From positions 2,368,001 through 2,432,000 of the forward strand of contig OZ244197.1 in assembly GCA_965216785.1 (NCBI GenBank): a stretch of 64,000 nucleotides of DNA, read 5' to 3'. The notes beneath the pieces were generated by a model. The model worked only from the letters and a program-made list of their open reading frames with translations. It had not been told where the DNA came from and ran no database searches. Both the position numbers and the translations under genes were made by a program. Shown here piece by piece: positions 19,732-28,441 of this stretch. The stretch's first letter is position 1; each line of letters begins with the position of its first letter. Source of the stretch: Thermodesulfobacteriota bacterium (lineage in GTDB: Bacteria > Desulfobacterota_D > UBA1144 > Nemesobacterales > UBA2774).

Positions 19732-20505
19732 GTGAACACTCACTTGCAAAAGATATTCCTGACGGCAGTACTTATCATCTTGACCACTTCATGCGCGCAG
19801 AAGCAAATAGAAACCGCTGTCCCGGAGGCGTCTCCACAGGAGTTGTTACAAAAAACAGCGCTGCTACAAAACTCCGTACGCTCCGTAAAGGGACTGGCCT
19901 CTGTCAGCATAAAAACCCCGGATGATAAAATCTCTTACACCCAGGTTACGCTTGCCGAGGAGCCGGACCTCCTGAGGCTCGAAGCCCTGAACCCTTTCGG
20001 TAGCACCGTGGGGTTCATATCCTCAGACAGTGAGAACATATATATCGTCTCGCAGCAGCAAAGGGGAGTTTACGATATCACAGAGGTGTTCGATCTCTCC
20101 TACGTTTACCCGGGGCTCGAGCTTGAGATCACCATCGAGCACCTGGTCGATCTCGTTACGGGACGGGTGCCAAAGGATTTGTTCGCGCGGGAAAGTGAAG
20201 TGGAGCTTAGCTCAGGGCCCGAGGGTCTAGTGCTTAACTTTAAGAACGGCGCCGGCGCTCTGGACGACAGGCTCTGGATTAACCCTTCGAACAGCAGGGT
20301 GGAGAGGGCTCAAATAATTCTTGAATCCGGGCAGGCGGCGAATATCAATTACGAATATTTCGATGGGCTTATAAACGGTCATTATTTCCCCAGGATCATC
20401 GATTTTAAAACCGGCGAGCTTGCCATAGTAATTACTTACGAGCCGGACGTTGAACTCAATCAGTCTTTGGACTACTCGCTGCTAAAGCCCTCTCCGGGGT
20501 CGTAG
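19732..20505 (+). CDS. Lipoprotein, LolB/DUF4292-like
   Basis: Lipobox TTSC; LRLEALNPFG; FPRIIDF; position after the TPR gene mirrors TPR-lolB synteny. Confidence 0.6.
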   Translation: MNTHLQKIFLTAVLIILTTSCAQKQIETAVPEASPQELLQKTALLQNSVRSVKGLASVSIKTPDDKISYTQVTLAEEPDLLRLEALNPFGSTVGFISSDSENIYIVSQQQRGVYDITEVFDLSYVYPGLELEITIEHLVDLVTGRVPKDLFARESEVELSSGPEGLVLNFKNGAGALDDRLWINPSNSRVERAQIILESGQAANINYEYFDGLINGHYFPRIIDFKTGELAIVITYEPDVELNQSLDYSLLKPSPGS

Positions 20506-20528
20506 CGACTCGAAATTGTGATGCCGAG

Positions 20529-20556
20529 TTGATAAAAATATCTAAATATTTATAAT
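20529..20556 (+). promoter_or_regulatory. Putative sigma-70 promoter of ptsH-ptsI
   Basis: TTGATA-N16-TATAAT. Confidence 0.5.
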
Positions 20557-20623
20557 ACACCCGGTAAGGGGGTCTAAAGCCCGGGCGTAATGGTTGCGAC
20601 TGAGCTTAGGGGGGTTGTTGTCA

Positions 20624-20905
20624 TTGTCTCAAGTTGAAATTACCAAGGTTTTTACCGTAAAGAATAAGCTCGGGCTCCACGCCCGGGCGGCGGCCGTATT
20701 CGTCAGAGTCTCAAGTAAATACACAAGTGAAATCAGGCTCGTTAAAGACAGCTATGAAGTAAACGGTAAGAGCATCCTGGGTGTTCTGTCGCTCGCCGCC
20801 ACAAAAGGGAGTGAGATAGAGGTAACCACAAAAGGTGAAGATGCCGAGGCCGCGATTAACGGCATCGAAGAGCTCATAGAGAGCGGTTTCGGAGAGGGAG
20901 TATGA
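20624..20905 (+). CDS. ptsH: Phosphocarrier protein HPr
   Basis: GLHARAA (His15), NGKSILGV (Ser46); TTG start at 20624 after a G-rich RBS. Confidence 0.93.
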   Translation: MSQVEITKVFTVKNKLGLHARAAAVFVRVSSKYTSEIRLVKDSYEVNGKSILGVLSLAATKGSEIEVTTKGEDAEAAINGIEELIESGFGEGV

Positions 20906-22662
20906 GGGTCCGGAGAAACGGTATAGCCATCTCTCCCGGCATTGCAGTAGGTAAAGTGGTAATCCTTGACCGCTCAAAAACCATTGTACGCCGTACAGGT
21001 ATAGATAAGGGACAGATCGACTCTGAAAAAGAGAGGTTCCTGTCCGCGGTTAAGCGCTCAAAAGAAGAGCTGCTCTCGATAAAAGATAAGCTCGATACCG
21101 ACGAGGCGGGCGAGCACCACCAGATACTTAGTTTCAATATCATGATGCTCGAGGATGACCTGCTTTCAGAAAAAGTGCTAAGGCACATAGAGTCTGAGCG
21201 CGTGAACGCCGGATGGGCCGTAAACACTGTGCTTGCCAAAAAGAGCGAGGCGTTTAAGGATGTAGAGGATATCTACATGAAAGAGCGCCTTGCGGACATT
21301 TATTATCTGGGCGAGAGGATACTCCGAAACCTCCACGGCGTTCAAGAGGACGTCCCCGATCTTGAGGAAGACTCGATAATCGTCACTCACGACATCTCTG
21401 CGCTAGACGTAGTGCTGTACGCAAAGCATAGGGCCATCGGTATTGCGACAGACATAGGAGCGCTCACGTCCCACAGCGCGATCGTCGCGAAGTCGCTCGG
21501 TCTGCCCGCCGTTATGGGTCTTGAGGATATTACGCTAAGAGCGTCCCCCGGAGACAGCATATTAATTGACGGCTTCACCGGCACCGTAATACTGGAACCC
21601 GATAAAAAAGAGTATGAGGAGTTCAAAAAGAAAAAATCCGAATATCTGGATTTAGAGAAAAAACTCCTCCAGTACGCAAAGCTCTGTGGGCGCACGCAGG
21701 ACGGAAAAGAGATAAAGGTAAACGCCAATATAGAGATCACAGAAGAGCTTAACCACGCAATGTGCTACGGGGCCGAGGGAATCGGCATGTACCGCACCGA
21801 GTTTCTCTTCGCAAACTCAGTCTATTTCCCGGACGAGGAAAAGCAGGTCAAGAACTACAAAAAAGTAGTCTCCGCGCTCAGCTCCCCCGAGGTAACCATC
21901 AGGACCCTCGACATAGGTGGCGACAAATTCCCCGCCGGCATGGAGCCCTCAAAGAGGCTGAACCCGGCCCTTGGGCTAAGGGGCATACGCTATTCCCTTC
22001 ACGATGTAGATACATTCAGCACTCAAATACGCGCTATACTTCGCTCAGCCGGAAGTACCAAGATACGCATTCTCATACCAATGGTCTCAAAGCTCTCTGA
22101 GATAATCGATACAAAGAGGATTATCTCGAGCATAGCAAGTGAGATTGGGAAAGAGGACTCCTGGGAGATAGGCGTCATGATCGAGACCCCCTCAGCCGCA
22201 ATCATTGCCTCTGACATAGCGGAAGAAGTAGACTTCCTGAGCATCGGCACGAACGACCTGATACAGTACACCCTTGCCGTGGACAGGATAAACGAGCACG
22301 TTTCATATCTATATAGCCCGTTTCACCCCGCCATATTAAAGCTCATCAAAAACGTCATCGAGGCGGGCCATGAAAAGGGCATACCGGTAAGCGTTTGCGG
22401 CGAGATGGCCTCACAGCTCTCTTGCGTTCCGCTCCTTGTGGGTATGGGGGTGGACGAGCTCAGTATGAACACGCACTCCATCCCCAAAGTGAAGAAGCTC
22501 CTTAACACTATTACAGAGAAGGACTCAAAGAGGATATTGAAACACTCTCTCGGACTCAAGACTGAGTATAAGATCAGAGAGTACGTAAGGCGCGCCATTG
22601 TAAATAGATGGGGCGAGAACTTCCCGCAGGAATTCATAATCGAGATCAAGTCCGGTGTATAA
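20902..22662 (+). CDS. ptsI: PTS enzyme I
   Basis: TSHSAIVAKSLG, GIGMYRTEFLF, IRTLDIGGDK, NPALGLRGIR, SIGTNDLIQY, VCGEMA. Confidence 0.96.
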   Translation: MRVRRNGIAISPGIAVGKVVILDRSKTIVRRTGIDKGQIDSEKERFLSAVKRSKEELLSIKDKLDTDEAGEHHQILSFNIMMLEDDLLSEKVLRHIESERVNAGWAVNTVLAKKSEAFKDVEDIYMKERLADIYYLGERILRNLHGVQEDVPDLEEDSIIVTHDISALDVVLYAKHRAIGIATDIGALTSHSAIVAKSLGLPAVMGLEDITLRASPGDSILIDGFTGTVILEPDKKEYEEFKKKKSEYLDLEKKLLQYAKLCGRTQDGKEIKVNANIEITEELNHAMCYGAEGIGMYRTEFLFANSVYFPDEEKQVKNYKKVVSALSSPEVTIRTLDIGGDKFPAGMEPSKRLNPALGLRGIRYSLHDVDTFSTQIRAILRSAGSTKIRILIPMVSKLSEIIDTKRIISSIASEIGKEDSWEIGVMIETPSAAIIASDIAEEVDFLSIGTNDLIQYTLAVDRINEHVSYLYSPFHPAILKLIKNVIEAGHEKGIPVSVCGEMASQLSCVPLLVGMGVDELSMNTHSIPKVKKLLNTITEKDSKRILKHSLGLKTEYKIREYVRRAIVNRWGENFPQEFIIEIKSGV

Positions 22663-22699
22663 AATCAGCTGCCTATTTTCCCCCTACCCAAAATATTCG

Positions 22700-22728
22700 T
22701 TGATACTAACGTTCGTTTTAATTATAAT
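22700..22728 (+). promoter_or_regulatory. Near-consensus sigma-70 promoter
   Basis: TTGATA-N17-TATAAT. Confidence 0.65.
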
Positions 22729-22734
22729 TTGAAG

Positions 22735-22812
22735 TAAGAGAAGCAGAAGTCTCCCTTGTTAATCAATCCTTATGTAAGGGCGGGAAGTTTAAACACTTTC
22801 CCGCCTTTTTTA
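22735..22812 (+). ncRNA. Candidate small RNA (~78 nt)
   Basis: Lies between a near-consensus promoter and a strong intrinsic terminator; no ORF; contains CUCCCUU and UCCUU. Confidence 0.45.
22776..22812 (+). terminator. Rho-independent terminator
   Basis: ggcgggaag-loop-ctttcccgcc followed by a T tract. Confidence 0.85.
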
Positions 22813-22820
22813 TTTCAATA

Positions 22821-23270
22821 TTCACTCGCGGGCGAGGGGCCTCTGCCATCGCGGGCGCCGTGGACATAGTCCTTAACCTTCAGAGCGTCACGCCCGACAC
22901 CCTGCGCCTGTCCATAGTAAAGCACCGCATACAGGGCTCGCGCCCAGATATCTACATGCGAAAAGCAGGAGACGACAAGTTTGAGGTGTGCGGGGAGGTG
23001 GGGATTGCAACAGAGCCCGGAGTAGGGATGTACCGTGTGCAGGAGAGGATTATTGAATTTCTGGACGGCGAGACAGAGCCGGTGCATAGGAAGCTGATAT
23101 TTGAGGACGTGCAGGACGAGACAGGGGCTAAACAGAGAACAATCGAGCGAGGGCTTGAGGAGCTTATGGCCCTCGGCAGGGTTACAAAGGTGAAAAGGGG
23201 TTACTACATGCTCACAGAGTTAGCGCCGCAAGCGCCAACCCTAGGGTTTGGCGGGAATGGCGGGAAGTGA
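22821..23270 (+). pseudogene. 5'-truncated AAA_25/RepA-type helicase remnant with a C-terminal winged-helix-like region
   Basis: The frame upstream of GTG 22860 reads RGRGASAIAGAVDIVLNL..VKHR, the late motif of RecA-fold RepA/AAA_25 helicases; Walker A and B are absent. Confidence 0.65.
23214..23269 (+). repeat. 56-bp inverted repeat, left copy
   Basis: Reverse complement matches 24897-24952 at 50 of 56 positions by manual alignment. Confidence 0.85.
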
Positions 23271-23278
23271 GGGGGGCA

Positions 23279-23911
23279 TCATCCATCAATTAAGAAACCT
23301 GTATCACTTTCCTTTGATACCCCACTACGAATAGAGCGAAGGGCAAAGCTAGAATCTTGCATGTCATTATGAGTATTTTTTATGATGACTTTTTTGACGT
23401 CTAAATTATGGCCATGATACACTATGTAATAATAGTTTCCATCATTTAGCACATCCTTATGAAGAAGTAATGTTCCCATGCTACGTTTGCTTACCCAGTT
23501 ATTATCACCAAGATATTTATTGCTCTTGAAAAATGTAAACTCAGTATTTTTACTGTTCTTAAAAGGCTCCACCCACTTTATTTTTTTTGCAATTTTATCT
23601 TCTACATGAAGGTTTTTTAAACTGTGATGAGGAATAACAATATCTAACAATCGCCACAGACCGTCATTAATTTTTTTTGCTTTCCATCTACTGATATGTC
23701 TTTTTTCTAATGAATCTTCACTATGTATAGTAGCTTCTCTCGTAAAAGAAGTTTGACAATTTCCATCCTCATGAAGGCTTGTTTTAATCGTTCCTAAAAT
23801 GCTACGTGCCGCCACATATATATCATTATTGTGTGTCCAAACTCTCCAAACAGAAGAATTTATATCATCAGGTTTCCCCAATGCAAATCTTATTACATTA
23901 GACTTAGCCAT
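23279..23911 (-). CDS. Hypothetical protein (AT-rich islet)
   Basis: 210-aa ORF in markedly AT-rich DNA; SSVWRVW..DIYVAARS..SLH..G.C; function unknown. Confidence 0.75.
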   Translation of the reverse strand: MAKSNVIRFALGKPDDINSSVWRVWTHNNDIYVAARSILGTIKTSLHEDGNCQTSFTREATIHSEDSLEKRHISRWKAKKINDGLWRLLDIVIPHHSLKNLHVEDKIAKKIKWVEPFKNSKNTEFTFFKSNKYLGDNNWVSKRSMGTLLLHKDVLNDGNYYYIVYHGHNLDVKKVIIKNTHNDMQDSSFALRSIRSGVSKESDTGFLIDG

Positions 23912-23968
23912 AACCTATAATATATTTAATTTGGAGATTAGTTGGTAGTGATATTGAATCTAATTTAA

Positions 23969-24835
23969 ATGTTTTATACACTTGTTGGAATGGACGAACA
24001 AGAACAGAATAACAATCAAGATTACAGTAAAGATTTAAAGATATACCGTCTGATTGAAAAATATTTAATACCTATAGCCATTATTCTTATATTAGTAGTA
24101 TTCGTCTTCTATATAATTGTTTTCTCTGACGGACTTAGTAATGAACAAGGTCACTGGGGGTTATTCGGGGATTATTTTGGGGGAATACTAAATCCTATAC
24201 TAAGTTTTATTACAATTATAGTATTGGTTTTCACTTTAAGACTTGGCTATCAAACTCTTGTCATATCAAAGGAGGAACTAGAAAAAGCTACTGATATGCT
24301 CAAATTGGCTAAGGAAGAAATAAAACTTACTCAAGTTGCTCTAGAACAATCAAAGGAGGAAGTACAGCTTGCTAGAGAAGCTACCCAAAGACAGGTCGAG
24401 CATTTAGAGAAAGAATCTTTAAAAATTGAGATCTCTACGATTTTAAAAGAAATTGATTCGGATATACAAAGTATTTTCAATATAATCGTGGATTTTGATT
24501 CAGCTTTTAGATACGGTCATTATTTTTCTGCTACATCCACAGAAAATATATCAAAAAGGAAGAGTTACGATGAATTATCCCGGAATGATAAATTCCAAAT
24601 AAATAGACTTCACGATTTATTAGCAAATATGGATACTTATATAAATACTATAGATGATTTATTCAATAGACCACCTTTGTCATTGTACTATAAAGTGAAG
24701 TACTGTAGGACAGCAAAAAAAATACAAAGTTATGTTCCGGATGATTTTAAAAAATTTGAGATTTTAGGTAAAGAAGAATATAAAACTATGATCACGCCAT
24801 CATATTATCCAACACCCACCACCCCCACCCCCTAG
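23969..24835 (+). CDS. Hypothetical membrane protein (2 TM plus coiled coil; AT-rich islet)
   Basis: WGLFGDYFGGILNPILSF between two TM helices, then heptad-like EEL/EEI/EEV repeats; start may be ATG 23990. Confidence 0.75.
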   Translation: MFYTLVGMDEQEQNNNQDYSKDLKIYRLIEKYLIPIAIILILVVFVFYIIVFSDGLSNEQGHWGLFGDYFGGILNPILSFITIIVLVFTLRLGYQTLVISKEELEKATDMLKLAKEEIKLTQVALEQSKEEVQLAREATQRQVEHLEKESLKIEISTILKEIDSDIQSIFNIIVDFDSAFRYGHYFSATSTENISKRKSYDELSRNDKFQINRLHDLLANMDTYINTIDDLFNRPPLSLYYKVKYCRTAKKIQSYVPDDFKKFEILGKEEYKTMITPSYYPTPTTPTP

Positions 24836-24859
24836 TGTTGGCAATGGCGGCAAAGATTA

Positions 24860-25101
24860 AAAGATGAGATTCTGAGACAAGTTCAGAATGACAGACCACT
24901 TCCCGCCAATCGCGCCAAAGTATAGGGTTGGCGCTTGCGGCGCTAACTTTGTTTGTCATTCCGGCCAAGCCAGTCATTGCGAGCGTAGCGAAGCAATCTC
25001 TTGGGGGCTTGGTAGCAAATGCCGTTAGGGATTGCCGCGGTCGCTCTGCTCCCTCGCAATGACAGCAAAAGATGAGATCCCGGATCGGTGTCCGGGATGA
25101 C
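24860..25101. repeat. Cluster of GTCATT-family palindromic repeats
   Basis: gagattctgag..cagaatgac; gtcattgcgagcgtagcgaagcaatctc paired with gattgccgc..ctcgcaatgac; gagatcccgga..tccgggatgac. Confidence 0.8.
24897..24952 (-). repeat. 56-bp inverted repeat, right copy
   Basis: cacttcccgccaatcgcgccaaagtatagggttggcgcttgcggcgctaactttgt, the inverse of 23214-23269. Confidence 0.85.
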
Positions 25102-25107
25102 AAGCTC

Positions 25108-26028
25108 TCACTTATCCAGCACTTCGGGTTTTTTGCCGCGGAAGAGTACGAGGAAGATGACTCCTATGATAATCATAGCGCCTCCGAGGAGCTTTACGAG
25201 CGATGGGATCTCGTCAAAGATGTAGTACGAGAACAGGATCACAAAAATCGACTCCAGAGGGAGCACGGCTGTGGTGCGCGATACATCTATTAGCTTAATC
25301 GCCTGGAACTGACAGGCCTTTGCGATCAGCGCCCCTGAAGTACCGCCAAGAATTATGTATAGATACTCGATGGGCCGGGTGGGCAGCTCCAGCGTTCCCG
25401 TCGCCAATAGATAAACCAAGAGGAATACCGTAACTCCGAGGGTACGCATGTTGGCGACCATCAACATGTTAAGCCTTTGCGCTACTTTCTTTACAACAAA
25501 AGATATAAGAGAGTAAAAGAGCGCCGCGCCAAGAGCGGTGAAGGTGCCTATGATGAGTGAGACTTCCCTTTGGTAGGCGACAATTATCCCGCCCGCTATC
25601 GTGACCACGACCCCTACGGCCTCGCCTCGGTTAAGCCTCTCGCCGAGAAATATCATCCCGAGCATAAGGGCAAAGAGCGTCTGCGCCTTAAGAAGGAACG
25701 AAGTGAGCGGTATTCCGATCAGTCTGATCGAGATTATCCAGAGTACGGCGCCGATCGATGTAAACACTGATGTGTATAGAAATATCTTCCAGTACTTCCC
25801 GATGTTTCTTACTTCTTGCCTTTGGTCTGGCAGTAACAGCACAGTGATGAATGAGAATATAAGCGCTCCGCCGAACCAGAAAAATATGGTGGATTCGGCG
25901 TCGAAATCCCGATCGACCGCACGTCCGAACGCGTAGGAAATGGCTGTGAATAAAGCGGTCCCGATTAGGAACAGATAACCCGCTATCGGAAATTTTTTTG
26001 ACTGGTGCTTAGCTTCTTTAGCGCTCAT
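25108..26028 (-). CDS. DMT/EamA family transporter
   Basis: About 10 TM helices in two repeats; FLGERL and IFDEIPS..LLGG motifs. Confidence 0.88.
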   Translation of the reverse strand: MSAKEAKHQSKKFPIAGYLFLIGTALFTAISYAFGRAVDRDFDAESTIFFWFGGALIFSFITVLLLPDQRQEVRNIGKYWKIFLYTSVFTSIGAVLWIISIRLIGIPLTSFLLKAQTLFALMLGMIFLGERLNRGEAVGVVVTIAGGIIVAYQREVSLIIGTFTALGAALFYSLISFVVKKVAQRLNMLMVANMRTLGVTVFLLVYLLATGTLELPTRPIEYLYIILGGTSGALIAKACQFQAIKLIDVSRTTAVLPLESIFVILFSYYIFDEIPSLVKLLGGAMIIIGVIFLVLFRGKKPEVLDK

Positions 26029-26972
26029 TGCTCACTCTCTAGGTCCGGACCGTTCTTTCTTCTCCACCACCAGGCTATAGCGGAGCCTGATATAGTATGC
26101 CAGATACTGAATATGGCGCCCGGAAGGGCGGCGAGGGCGCCGAAATACATATTGGCGAGCGCCACCGCCAGGCCCGAGTTCTGCATGCCTATCTCTAACG
26201 ATATGGCCCGCGCTCTCTTCTCGTCCATTCCTACGAGTTTTGCCGTGCCGTATCCGATGGCGAGCCCAAGGGTGTTATGGATTATAACTATTATGGCAAT
26301 TATCGCACCGATCTTTGTTATCGCCGGGGCGTTTGCGGCGACTATGACGCCGACTATAAATATGATAGCTATTGCCGAAACGCTTGGGAGGATGGGCAGT
26401 ACATATTTTATCCGGTCCCTTAGAACCGTCCTTAAGCCCACGCCCAAAGCAACTGGCAGGAGCACAATGAGAGCGGTCGACTTAAACAGCTTCAGCACAG
26501 GGATGTCAATCCACTGCCCCGCGTAAATATACATCAGCAGCGGTATCATGAGGGGCGCAAGCAGGGTCGACACGGACGTTAGAGTTACAGACAGCGCCAG
26601 GTCTCCGCGCGCAAGATAGGTCATCACGTTTGAGGCTGTCCCACCCGGACACGAGCCCACAAGCACAACGCCCGCGGCAAGCACAGGGTCCAGGCCGAAA
26701 GCCCAAGCGAGCGCGAATCCCAAAAACGGCATCACGAGGTACTGAACGGCGGCTCCCACGCCGACGTCCTTTGGCCTTTGGAAAACCCTCTTGAACTCTC
26801 CAGCCGTGAGCGTGGCTCCCATGCCGAACATAATTATTCCGAGCACCGGGACTATAAGATATGTAAGCGGCGCGAAGGGGGCGGGCTCTAATACTGCTAT
26901 AACTGTGAAGATAATTATCCAGAAAGTGAAGTAATTTGTTACGACTGCGTTTAGGAATCTTAGGTATCTCAA
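26025..26972 (-). CDS. Bile acid:sodium symporter family transporter (PanS-like)
   Basis: IMFGMG, QYLVMP, CPGGTASNV, EIGMQNSGLA. Confidence 0.92.
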   Translation of the reverse strand: MRYLRFLNAVVTNYFTFWIIIFTVIAVLEPAPFAPLTYLIVPVLGIIMFGMGATLTAGEFKRVFQRPKDVGVGAAVQYLVMPFLGFALAWAFGLDPVLAAGVVLVGSCPGGTASNVMTYLARGDLALSVTLTSVSTLLAPLMIPLLMYIYAGQWIDIPVLKLFKSTALIVLLPVALGVGLRTVLRDRIKYVLPILPSVSAIAIIFIVGVIVAANAPAITKIGAIIAIIVIIHNTLGLAIGYGTAKLVGMDEKRARAISLEIGMQNSGLAVALANMYFGALAALPGAIFSIWHTISGSAIAWWWRRKNGPDLESEQ

Positions 26973-27058
26973 ATGAGTTTTTTACCACAAAGCGTTTGGT
27001 GCCAAAAGCTACATAAGATCGTGAAAAGTGTCAATCGTCAAATGTGCATGGCGCACAC

Positions 27059-27499
27059 TTATTCCTCTTCCTTATCTTCCTGAGGGAGAGAGGGTGATGC
27101 CTGAACGGCGAAAGCGAGCTTTGAGAGTCCCTCTGACTTGGCGATGTCCATAATCTCCACAACTTTACCGTGCGGTACGTCGTTGTCGGCTCTGATGATT
27201 ACTAGCGAGTCCTTGTCCTTTACTTCATTCAGCTTCTTTTTGAGCTCGCTCTCGTCAATTGTGTCGTCGTTATAAACGATGCTTCCATCCTTTGTGAGGT
27301 TAATGGTCAGCTGCTCAATCTTTACAGGTTCTGCGGAAGAAGCCGAGGGGAGCTTGACGTTTATACCTCCGGATGTGGCGGCGAAGTTTAGCGAGAGGGC
27401 AAAGAATATAAGTAGGTTGAAAACGACGTCCACCACGGGAGTCAAATCGAGAGCCGATCCTGTGCCTACTCCGTTTTTAACCTTACGTCTGAACTTCAT
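27059..27499 (-). CDS. exbD: Biopolymer transport protein ExbD/TolR
   Basis: LTPVVDVVFNLLIFF, IRAD..V.HG.VV.IMD. Confidence 0.88.
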   Translation of the reverse strand: MKFRRKVKNGVGTGSALDLTPVVDVVFNLLIFFALSLNFAATSGGINVKLPSASSAEPVKIEQLTINLTKDGSIVYNDDTIDESELKKKLNEVKDKDSLVIIRADNDVPHGKVVEIMDIAKSEGLSKLAFAVQASPSLPQEDKEEE

Positions 27500-28155
27500 C
27501 CCAGTATGTCCTCTTTATTGTCCACAGTTCCGTCTTTTGTAGCCATTATGTAGTCAAGAATTTTGCGTCCTTCCTCTTCGAGCATAGATATATAGTCGTC
27601 TGCCCGGCCGTTTAGGTATTTATAAGCAATGAATGCGGGTATGGCTATCAAGAGCCCGAATGCCGTAGTGTAAAGAGCCTCTGAGATTCCTCCCGCAAGC
27701 TCGGGCGGGTTGACGATGGGCTTATCCGCGATGACCCTGAATATCTTGATCATACCGGAGATTGTGCCCAATAGACCGAGCAGAGTACTAACGTTACTGA
27801 CGGCGCCTAGCCCTTCGTTATAGCGGATTAGATCGTTTGCTTCTTTTCTTCCCGCCTCCTCTATCTCCTCGCGGAGCTCTTCCTTTGGCCTCTCTGCGTT
27901 CTCTAAAGCGGCTACAGCGATTCTTGATACGGATGAGTCGTTAGAGCGGGCGTATACCTGGGCTTCGCCTGTTTTGCCTTGTACCATAAGGCCGTAGAAA
28001 TGATCGAGGAACTTTTCGGGTATGACTTTCTTGGTCCTGAGCGTCCACATTTTCTGAATGAATATCGCAAGTCCCACGACAGAGCATAGGATGATCGGAT
28101 AGGCAAATATTCCGGCTTTTCTTATAAGCTCGACAACGCCTGTATCTAAATCCAT
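27496..28155 (-). CDS. exbB: MotA/TolQ/ExbB proton channel protein
   Basis: LLGLLGTISGMI, GGISEALYTTAFGL. Confidence 0.88.
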   Translation of the reverse strand: MDLDTGVVELIRKAGIFAYPIILCSVVGLAIFIQKMWTLRTKKVIPEKFLDHFYGLMVQGKTGEAQVYARSNDSSVSRIAVAALENAERPKEELREEIEEAGRKEANDLIRYNEGLGAVSNVSTLLGLLGTISGMIKIFRVIADKPIVNPPELAGGISEALYTTAFGLLIAIPAFIAYKYLNGRADDYISMLEEEGRKILDYIMATKDGTVDNKEDILG

Positions 28156-28441
28156 CGGTACCTCCGGAAAGTATTAAGTCATGTATTAGATGTAAAACTG
28201 TAATGCAAGATTCTATTTGATTTTGTAATAGGATAACCACGGCTACTCTCAGGTCAACACAGACTGTGTCTGTAGACATACGAGTGCTCTACGCCTACGT
28301 TACTTCCCAGCAAATCGCGACCTTTACAACCTTATGGAGGAAAACCGCGTGATAATAATACAGATATAAACTGTTGCTTTATATAGCCGGGGTGAAAGAA
28401 TGTTGCAATTATACACAGAATCGGTAATTTATACGCCTACT

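Noticed and set aside
24941-25030. Integron attC site (CGCTAAC...GTTAGGG)
   Set aside because: The interior is not self-complementary in the attC manner and is explained by GTCATT repeats; no intI gene.
24792-25103. 103-aa ORF over the repeat cluster; likewise 37254-37655 and 1935-2348
   Set aside because: Translations of palindromic repeats or antisense overlaps, not credible proteins.
28160-28440. Cobalamin riboswitch upstream of exbB or T-box upstream of proS
   Set aside because: Only a lone CTGGGAAG on the minus strand; other conserved elements were not found.
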